A stretch of DNA of 64,000 nt. Source: an uncultured Actinomycetota bacterium. Lineage in GTDB: Bacteria > Actinomycetota > Actinomycetes > JAHEKZ01. The translations under genes and the position numbers were made by a program. Location: assembly GCA_963743915.1 (NCBI GenBank), contig CAVURN010000005.1:256001-320000 (forward strand). Direction: 5' to 3'. The notes beneath the pieces were generated by a model. That model had not been told where the DNA came from and did no database searches. It saw only the letters and a program-made list of their open reading frames with translations. How positions within the stretch are numbered: position 1 is the stretch's first letter; each line of letters begins with the position of its first letter. Below are positions 54,445 through 64,000 of the stretch, in pieces.

Positions 54445-54981
54445 GATGCCGCCTCGGCGCAGGTCTGCCCGCGTGCCAGCCCGCGTTCGGCGATCTCGCT
54501 CAACGCCTCGTCTCCGAACGGGTTGACGCCGGGGCCGGCAGCCAGTGCATGACCGACCAGGACGTGCAGACACTTCACCCGGTCCGGCATGCCGCCGGCG
54601 GTCACTCCCGCGATCTCCGGCACGTCACCGATCGCCGTGCGCTGCGCCAGGTACGACTGGTGCGCCTTCCGGTACGTGGCCGCGAGCTCATCGTCCACCG
54701 CGAGCCGCTCCTGCATCTCACGCATGCGCCCCTCGGCCTCGAGCGTGCTGACCGCACCGGTCAGGCGGGCACAGGTCAGGTAGTACAAGCGTCGGGAAGG
54801 GGGTGCCATCGGGAAGCCGTGGCTCGGTCTCGACCACGTCGGGCTCCCCGCACGCGCAACGGTGGGCCACTCGGCGCAGACCTCGGGGCTCGCGACCGAG
54901 CTGTCGCCGCACTGCGGCGCGGTCCGACTCGGTCACCCCGGGGGGCATGCCCGACGCCCCGGAGGCGTCGTCGACGCTCAC
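54441..54981 (-). CDS. DUF501 protein (Rv1025-like), +1 frameshift near 54788
   Basis: QLGREPRG, T.PRLPDGTPFPT / YYLTC, GGMPDRVKCLH, NPFG. Confidence 0.9.
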
Positions 54982-55412
54982 CGGTCGTCCGCCTCCTGCA
55001 CCGAGCCCCACAACGTGTCGTACCACGCGACTTCGGGGTCGGTCGCGACCCGGATCTCCGGGTTACGCGCATCCTCGACGTCCTCGGGGGACAGCAGCAC
55101 CAGCCCCTTCTCGCCAGGGAAGACGTAGTGCAGGCGTTCCCGGGCCTGCTCCTCGACGAACGCGTCGTCGCGCCAGCGCTGCGACTGCTCCTGCAGGTTG
55201 CCGACGCGCGACTCCAGCTGCGCCACCCGCTCCTCGGCCGCCGCGATCGCGCTGCGCTGTGCGAGGAACTCACGGATCGGGAACGCGAGCGACATCACCA
55301 GCGCAGCCGCCACGAGGATCAGCACGACCGCGCGCCCGGTCAGACGTGCCCACAGTGGGCGGTCGTCGACCACCTCGAGGTGCGCACGTGAGCGCGTGCC
55401 GTTGGACGCCAC
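54978..55412 (-). CDS. ftsB: FtsB/DivIC septum formation initiator
   Basis: TM plus coiled coil, W.DD.FVE.QARERL.YV.PGE, WY.TLW; follows eno. Confidence 0.9.
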   Translation of the reverse strand: MASNGTRSRAHLEVVDDRPLWARLTGRAVVLILVAAALVMSLAFPIREFLAQRSAIAAAEERVAQLESRVGNLQEQSQRWRDDAFVEEQARERLHYVFPGEKGLVLLSPEDVEDARNPEIRVATDPEVAWYDTLWGSVQEADDR

Positions 55413-55415
55413 GCG

Positions 55416-57739
<2,324 letters not shown>

Positions 57740-57742
57740 CGG

Positions 57743-58405
57743 CTACTGCCCCGTGGGAGCGGGAGCCGGAGCCGGCTCGGGCTGCTCGGTCACCGCCGGG
57801 CGGGACAGGCGCTCGAGGGCACGCGGCTCGACACCTGGCACGTCCGGGTTCCACACCCCGAACCGGGGACTCACCGAGACGTCCAGGTCCTCCGCCGTGG
57901 ACCGGAGTGCCTCGAGGTAGGCCGCATCTGCCTCCTCGGGACTGGCTCCGGGTGCGGCGAGAGCCTCACCCAGCGAACGGCGCAGGACGACGTACTCGGC
58001 GGCGGCCTCGAGCCTGGACGGGGGAATCGCGTTCTGCGCGGAGGCGGTCTCGCGCTGGGCCGGGTCGGTGCCCAGCAGCTGGTCGATCTCGGACGCCGAG
58101 GCGGTCACGCCCTCCTGCTCGGCGAGCGCCAAGGTGATCTGCTCATTGAGCCACCAGGACGTCAGGACCAGGGTGAGCTGGTCCTCGGGCGGCTGCTGCG
58201 CGTCGGGGTTGTCCGCGTACACCCCGGCGAGCTCGTCGGACCACTCGGCGAGCTGGCTCTCGGTGAGACGCTCCTCGCCGACGACCGCGGCGGCTCCTGC
58301 CTTGTGGCTGGCGCAGCCGCTGAGCACGACCACTCCCAGGGCTGCCAGTACCAGCGCGCTCCGCACGCGTCGTCCACCTCGCATGGCGCTCACCGTTCTC
58401 CTCAT
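57743..58405 (-). CDS. SurA N-terminal-like lipoprotein
   Basis: Lipobox LSGC, GAAAVVG.ER, V.VSPRFG.W; ATGA overlap with mfd. Confidence 0.75.
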   Translation of the reverse strand: MRRTVSAMRGGRRVRSALVLAALGVVVLSGCASHKAGAAAVVGEERLTESQLAEWSDELAGVYADNPDAQQPPEDQLTLVLTSWWLNEQITLALAEQEGVTASASEIDQLLGTDPAQRETASAQNAIPPSRLEAAAEYVVLRRSLGEALAAPGASPEEADAAYLEALRSTAEDLDVSVSPRFGVWNPDVPGVEPRALERLSRPAVTEQPEPAPAPAPTGQ

Positions 58406-61400
58406 CGGTCGACCAGCACCGCCTCGACGAACTCGGTCACCCACTGGAGCAGAGCAGCGTCTCGCAGCGGCTCTCCTCCGACCCGTGCGGTCGTCGGTCT
58501 CGGCACCAGGATCGTACGGACCGCCGGCTTGACGGTGGTGCCCGGGTAGAGCCGGGTCAGGCGCAGGGTGGCGGACTCCGGCAGCTCGACCGGGAAGATC
58601 CGCACCCTGCTTCCCTGCACCACCACCTCGCTCACTCCGACCGAACGCACGAGCGTCCGGAGCCGAGCGACGTCGAAGAGCCGCTCGACCGGTTCGGGAA
58701 GCGGGCCGAACCGGTCCACCAGCTCGTCACGGACGTCGGCCAGTGTCTGCTCGTCGTGGGCGTCCGCGAGCCGCTGGTACGCCTGGAGCCGCACCTTCTC
58801 GGACGGCACCCAGTCGTGCGGGATGTGGGCGTCCACGGGCAGCTCGACCCGGATCTCGGCCGGTTCGCCTCCCGACTCCGGCCCCTCACCCTTGAGGGTG
58901 GCAACCGCCTCACCGACGAGGCGGAGGTAGAGGTCGAAGCCCACGCCTTCGATGTGGCCGCTCTGCTCCCCGCCCAGCACGTTGCCGGCGCCACGGATCT
59001 CGAGGTCCTTCATGGCGACGGCCATGCCGGAGCCGAGATCGGTGTGCTGCGCGATGGTGGCCAGCCGGTCGTGCGCCGGCTCGGTGAGCGGTCGTTCAGG
59101 TGGGTAGAGGAAGTACGCGTAACCACGGTCACGCCCGCGACCCACCCGACCACGCAGCTGGTGCAGCTGCGCCAGTCCGAGGGTGTCGGCCCGCTCCACG
59201 ACCAAGGTGTTGGCATTGCTGATGTCGAGACCGGACTCGACGATCGTGGTGCACACCAACACGTCGAAACGTTTGTCCCAGAAGTCGACGATGATGCGCT
59301 CCAGCGCGTCCTCGGACATCTGACCGTGTGCCACCTCGACCCGCGCCTCGGGAACGATCTCGCGGACCCGCGCAGCCGCACGCTCGATGGACTCCACCCG
59401 GTTGTGGATGTAGAAGACCTGGCCCTCCCGCAACAGCTCGCGACGGATGGCTGCACCGATCTGCTTCTGGTCGTACGCCCCCACGAAGGTCAGCACCGGA
59501 TGGCGTTCCTCTGGAGGCGTGAGGATGGTCGACATCTCTCGGATCCCGCCGAGCGCCATCTCCAGGGTGCGGGGGATCGGCGTCGCCGACATCGTGAGGA
59601 CGTCCACGTGCGTGCGCAGCGCCTTCAGGTGTTCCTTGTGCTCGACGCCGAAGCGCTGCTCCTCGTCGACGACCACGAGGCCCAGGTCCTTGAAGCGCGT
59701 CGTGGCCTGCAGCAGCCGGTGGGTCCCGATCACGACGTCGACGCTCCCGTCCGCCAGGCCCTCGATCACCTCGGCAGCCTCACGGTCGGTCTGGAAACGG
59801 GACAGCGCCTTGACCGTGACCGGGAATGCGGCAAACCGCTCGGTGAAGGTGTTGGTGTGCTGCTGGACGAGCAAGGTCGTGGGCACGAGCACCGCCACCT
59901 GCTTGCCGTCCTGCACCGCCTTGAACGCCGCCCGCACGGCGATCTCCGTCTTGCCGTACCCCACGTCCCCGCAGACGAGGCGGTCCATGGGTATCGGCTG
60001 CTCCATGTCCCGTTTCACCTCGTCGATGCAGGCCATCTGGTCGACGGTCTCGACGTAGGGGAAGGCGTCCTCGAGCTCACGCTGCCAGGGAGTGTCCGGG
60101 CCGAACGCGTACCCCGGTGCTGACTGACGGGCCGAGTACAGGCGGACGAGCTCGGCCGCGATCTGCTTGACCGCCTTGCGTGCGCGGCCCTTGGTCTTGG
60201 CCCAGTCCGCACCACCGAGTCGGTGCAGCGAGGGGGATTCCCCTCCGACGTACCGGGTCACGAGGTCGAGCTGGTCGGTCGGCACGAAGAGGCGGTCAGC
60301 GGGCTGCCCGCGGCGCGCGGGGGCGTACTCGATCACGAGGTATTCCCGCGTCGAACCCTGTACCTCGCGACGTGTCATCTCGACGTAGCGCCCGACACCG
60401 TGCTGCTCGTGCACGACGTAGTCACCCGGGGAGAGCTGGAGCGGGTCCACCGTGGCCCGCCGCCGCGACGGCATCCGTCGCATGTCCCGCGTCGACGACT
60501 TCTGCCCGACCAGGTCGGTCTCGGTCAGCACCAGCAGCTTGAGAGCGTCGGAGACCAGGCCGTGCTCCATGACGCCGGTGGCCACCTGCACGACGGAGGC
60601 GTCGCGCACGGGGTCGACCTCGGCGACCACCTCGGCGACGACATCGTCGTCACGCAGCCGCTCGGCGAACCGTTCAGCCGGACCGTGCCCCGCCGTGACC
60701 AGCACGACGCGCCACCCGTCCGCGACCGACGCGTGGATGGTCTTCAGCGCCCGGTCCGTGTCGCCCCGGTACTCATCGGCAGCGCGCAGCGTCGTTCCGG
60801 CGGTCTCGTCGTCGGGTCCGCCGAAGGGGCCGACACCCCACCAGGGGAGGCCGCGGCCGACCGCGGCCGACCGCACCTCGGCCAGCTCTCGGTAGGAGGC
60901 CGCCCCCAGGTCGATCGGCGTGCTGTTCCCGGCCGCGGCGTTCGCCCAGGAGGCCGCGAGGAACTCCTCGCTGGTGCGATGCAGCTCGTGGCTGCGGGTG
61001 CGCACCCGCTCGGGGTCGACCACCACCATTGCCGTCGCGTCGGGCACGACGTCGACCAGCAGCTCCATCCCGTCACCCAGCAGGGGCGACAGGGACTCCA
61101 TCCCTTCGACGGCGACCCCCTCGGCGAGCTGCCCGAGCACGTCGGCGAGCCCTGGGTGGATCGCCACGAGTCCGGCCGCCCGACGGCGCACGGTCTCGGT
61201 GAGCGGAAGCTCGCGCACCGGCGGCGCCCACACGCCGTGAGGTGCCGTCTCCAGGCTCCGCTGGTCAGCAGCCTTGAACCACCGGATCTCCTCCACCGTG
61301 TCGCCCCACAGCTCGACCCGCAGCGGGTGCTGCTCGACGGCGGGGAACACGTCGAGGATTCCTCCACGGACCGCGAACTCCCCGCGACGCTCGACGACGT

Positions 61401-61926
61401 CGGCCCGGCTGTAGCCGGAGTCCGCGAGCCGCCGGACGACCTCGGCGAGGTCGATCTCGTCGCCGGCGTGGATGCGGACCGGTTCCAGGTCACCGAGCCC
61501 GGTGACGAAGGGCTGCAGCACCGCACGCACGGGTGCGACCACGACAGCCAGCGGACCCGAACCGGGGTCGGCCGGGTCGGGGTGCACCAGCCGGCGCAGC
61601 ACCGCGAGCCGGCGCCCGACCGTGTCGGAGCGTGGTGAGAGTCGCTCGTGCGGCAGCGTCTCCCAGGAGGGGAAGTCGGTGACGGTCTCCGGGTCGAGCA
61701 ACGAGCTGAGCGCGGCCACCAGGTCGTCGGCCTCCCGGGTGGTCGCGGTGACGGCGAGCACCGGCCGGGCGGCACCGTGCATGCCGCGAGCCATCGCGGC
61801 CACGATGGCTGCGGTGGCCGTCGACGGGACGGTGAGCTCTCCGCCGGTGCCAGTGGCGGCCAGTCGCAGGGCCTCGGCCACCGCGGCGTCCTCGGCGACG
61901 AGGGGAACCAGGCCGGCCAAGGACAT
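58402..61926 (-). CDS. mfd: Transcription-repair coupling factor
   Basis: WETLPHERLSP, VVHEQHGVG, GDVGYGKTE, DEEQRFG, SATPIPRT, QLRGRVGR. Confidence 0.98.
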   Translation of the reverse strand: MSLAGLVPLVAEDAAVAEALRLAATGTGGELTVPSTATAAIVAAMARGMHGAARPVLAVTATTREADDLVAALSSLLDPETVTDFPSWETLPHERLSPRSDTVGRRLAVLRRLVHPDPADPGSGPLAVVVAPVRAVLQPFVTGLGDLEPVRIHAGDEIDLAEVVRRLADSGYSRADVVERRGEFAVRGGILDVFPAVEQHPLRVELWGDTVEEIRWFKAADQRSLETAPHGVWAPPVRELPLTETVRRRAAGLVAIHPGLADVLGQLAEGVAVEGMESLSPLLGDGMELLVDVVPDATAMVVVDPERVRTRSHELHRTSEEFLAASWANAAAGNSTPIDLGAASYRELAEVRSAAVGRGLPWWGVGPFGGPDDETAGTTLRAADEYRGDTDRALKTIHASVADGWRVVLVTAGHGPAERFAERLRDDDVVAEVVAEVDPVRDASVVQVATGVMEHGLVSDALKLLVLTETDLVGQKSSTRDMRRMPSRRRATVDPLQLSPGDYVVHEQHGVGRYVEMTRREVQGSTREYLVIEYAPARRGQPADRLFVPTDQLDLVTRYVGGESPSLHRLGGADWAKTKGRARKAVKQIAAELVRLYSARQSAPGYAFGPDTPWQRELEDAFPYVETVDQMACIDEVKRDMEQPIPMDRLVCGDVGYGKTEIAVRAAFKAVQDGKQVAVLVPTTLLVQQHTNTFTERFAAFPVTVKALSRFQTDREAAEVIEGLADGSVDVVIGTHRLLQATTRFKDLGLVVVDEEQRFGVEHKEHLKALRTHVDVLTMSATPIPRTLEMALGGIREMSTILTPPEERHPVLTFVGAYDQKQIGAAIRRELLREGQVFYIHNRVESIERAAARVREIVPEARVEVAHGQMSEDALERIIVDFWDKRFDVLVCTTIVESGLDISNANTLVVERADTLGLAQLHQLRGRVGRGRDRGYAYFLYPPERPLTEPAHDRLATIAQHTDLGSGMAVAMKDLEIRGAGNVLGGEQSGHIEGVGFDLYLRLVGEAVATLKGEGPESGGEPAEIRVELPVDAHIPHDWVPSEKVRLQAYQRLADAHDEQTLADVRDELVDRFGPLPEPVERLFDVARLRTLVRSVGVSEVVVQGSRVRIFPVELPESATLRLTRLYPGTTVKPAVRTILVPRPTTARVGGEPLRDAALLQWVTEFVEAVLVDR

Positions 61927-62051
61927 GGAGCGCTCCTCCCTGCGGGTTGCCCAGGCGCTGCCCTCGAGGCGCAGCACGACGGCCCCGGACATCGTCGATG
62001 CCGGGGAGGAGGTCAAGCCTACGGTGCCGGGACGACCCGCGGGACCTCAGA

Positions 62052-64000
62052 TCAACCGCTCCGGAGGACGACGGAGACAGTGGTCGCAGCCGCCGACTTG
62101 CCGGACGCGACCGCGGTGAGGCCTGCGCGAGAGCCGGCCAGGGCCGGGACGCCGTCATCAGTGAGCAGCCCCGAGACGCGCACGGTGCCCGGGACGGCCG
62201 GGTCGTAGCTGCTGACGGGTGCGGCACGGCTGGTCTGGCCGAGCGGTGGCACCCAGCCCGTGGTCGTGGACGTCTTGTCCGACCAGTACGAGACGACCCA
62301 GGCCCCATCGACGGGCACGCTCACGCCGGGGGTCGTGTGCCCGAAGGTCGCGTCCGACGCGGGCTCGTCGGCGGTCGCGACCGGTCCGACCGAGGCGACC
62401 CCCGAGTAGACGGCGGTGCTGACGATCGCCCGCGTCGCGACGGTGGTCCCGCCGTCGGAGAACTCCACGCCCACGGTCCGTCCGGCGTCGGCGGCCGTCG
62501 CCCATCGGGTGTACACGACGGTGCGGGTCCCGCTGTCGGTGACGTCACCCCGCTCCGTCCAGCCACCGAGCGGCACCTTGTCCGCGTCGAGGATGGCACC
62601 GGGATCGGCGCTGGTGCCGCCGCTCACGACCATCAGCAGCAGGTCGCCCGGCTCGACCGTTTCCGGCAGCGGCCACGTGTGAAAGCGCACCTGCTTGCCC
62701 TCGTACGCCGCGGCCGCTCGGAAGGCGACCGTCGTGGCGATCGGCGACACTTCGACGTCGACCACAGTCGACGCGGAGGCACCGTCGTCATCGGTCACCG
62801 TGAGCGTCACCGGGTAGGTGCCGGCCTCGGCGAAGATGTGGTGCTGCGCCGTCCCACCGGACGCGGAGGTGCCGTCCCCGAAGCTCCACACGTACGACAC
62901 GAGGGAGCCGTCGGCGTCGGACGAGGACGTCGCGTCGAAGGTGCAGGAGGTTCCGACGCAGGCGCTCCGGAAGGTGGCCGTCGGAGACGCGTTGATGGCG
63001 AACGTGGAGGGCTGGGTGGACAGGAAGAGGCCTTTCGCCCGCCAGTCGACGGTGGCGTTGACGGTGCGCGTCCCGCCTCGGAAACCCTGCGGGCCGAAGC
63101 GGATCTTGTGCAGCACGCCGTTGGAGCTGACGTAGTAGAGCCAGCTGCCGGAGAGGAACGCCCCCCTCACGGCTCCCGCGTCGACTCCCTTGCCCGCCGA
63201 TGAGTCGGGCACGGTGTGACGCACCGCGCCGACGACGCCGGACTCGGGGGTGAAGGCGCGGTAGTACAGACCACCGTCGGACCTCCGGGATCGTGAGTCC
63301 GCCCGCGTGTAGTACAGCCGGCCGGTACGGCGGTCGTAGAACATGCTGGTCACGCGTCGCATGGACGAGCGCAGGTCCACGACGAGCGATCCGCCGCCCA
63401 ACGGCACGATGGTCTGGGGTCCGAGGCGGGTGCCGTCGAAAGACTGCTTGCGCAGCGTGCCGTCGTTCCACCCCGTGTAGAGCGTGTCGTCCACCATGAA
63501 CGCGCCTCTCACGCCCGACCAGGCGACCCCGCCGTCGGCGAGTGCCTTGGCCTGGGGTCGGGCGGAACCGACGAGGTACTGCGACCGGACGTCGGCGGCG
63601 CCGACCGCGGGATCGAGCTGGACGACGTCGCCCGGGATGGTCCCGACCCGGTCGGTGGGGAGGGGCAGACCCCCGGACCAGGGGAAGGCCGCGAGCCGGT
63701 CGCGCCGCTCACCGGCCCAGACGGGGGTGTCCGAACCCGCCCAGAGCTCGCTGTCGGTGACCAGGAAGTCGAAGACGCCGACCCCTCGGGACCGGGTGGG
63801 GTTCCAGCTGAACGGCAGGCCGTTGCGCGTGTCGAGGGCGGCCAGCCCCTCGCGGACCACACCGCCCGGTCCGGCCGTGCCCCCGTCCAGCGAGTACGGG
63901 TTGTTCAGCCACCGGAAGTGGCCGCCCACGTACGCGACCGGACCGGTCACCTCGACCGCCCAGAAGGTGTCCCCACCGCTGTGGTCGACCCAGGTGGGCT
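62052..64000 (-). CDS. Secreted beta-propeller + PKD surface protein (5' end outside window), paralog of 14774-17729
   Basis: [50 protein letters not shown]-terminal HTTPGV.VP.DGAWV.SYW.DK. Confidence 0.88.
   Translation of the reverse strand, partial: PTWVDHSGGDTFWAVEVTGPVAYVGGHFRWLNNPYSLDGGTAGPGGVVREGLAALDTRNGLPFSWNPTRSRGVGVFDFLVTDSELWAGSDTPVWAGERRDRLAAFPWSGGLPLPTDRVGTIPGDVVQLDPAVGAADVRSQYLVGSARPQAKALADGGVAWSGVRGAFMVDDTLYTGWNDGTLRKQSFDGTRLGPQTIVPLGGGSLVVDLRSSMRRVTSMFYDRRTGRLYYTRADSRSRRSDGGLYYRAFTPESGVVGAVRHTVPDSSAGKGVDAGAVRGAFLSGSWLYYVSSNGVLHKIRFGPQGFRGGTRTVNATVDWRAKGLFLSTQPSTFAINASPTATFRSACVGTSCTFDATSSSDADGSLVSYVWSFGDGTSASGGTAQHHIFAEAGTYPVTLTVTDDDGASASTVVDVEVSPIATTVAFRAAAAYEGKQVRFHTWPLPETVEPGDLLLMVVSGGTSADPGAILDADKVPLGGWTERGDVTDSGTRTVVYTRWATAADAGRTVGVEFSDGGTTVATRAIVSTAVYSGVASVGPVATADEPASDATFGHTTPGVSVPVDGAWVVSYWSDKTSTTTGWVPPLGQTSRAAPVSSYDPAVPGTVRVSGLLTDDGVPALAGSRAGLTAVASGKSAAATTVSVVLRSG

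Overview
High-GC actinobacterial core-chromosome segment. The gene order follows the known actinomycete block (recalled as M. tuberculosis Rv1020-Rv1112, here reversed): ychF-rmuC-ispH-xseAB-glpX-fumarases-phoH2-uppS-yyaL-mca-greA-metB-cbs-YccA-tRNA-Leu(UAA)-ppx-DUF501-ftsB-eno-mazG-mfd. Accessory genes sit between the core genes: a NodIJ-like ABC exporter, an Eis-like GNAT, two paralogous secreted beta-propeller/PKD proteins, an AbmR (Rv1265)-like regulator, a sulfotransferase, a membrane PAS-GGDEF-EAL protein, a FIST protein, an orphan GlmL, an MCP, and a VOC/YciI/ECF-sigma islet. I see no integrase, transposase, prophage or CRISPR array. Several single-base frameshifts, some in conserved genes, suggest consensus errors. 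I cannot demonstrate a new system. The best leads are: (i) the AbmR-like regulator with a TGTAAT direct repeat and a structured divergent leader in front of a PKD surface protein; (ii) a bldA-type tRNA together with a lone TTA codon in the c-di-GMP enzyme; (iii) a sharply bounded G/T-wobble block in the MCP signalling domain; (iv) REP/REPIN-like palindromes at accessory-gene boundaries; (v) glmL placed directly behind metB. All family calls come from motif recognition by eye, with no database search.
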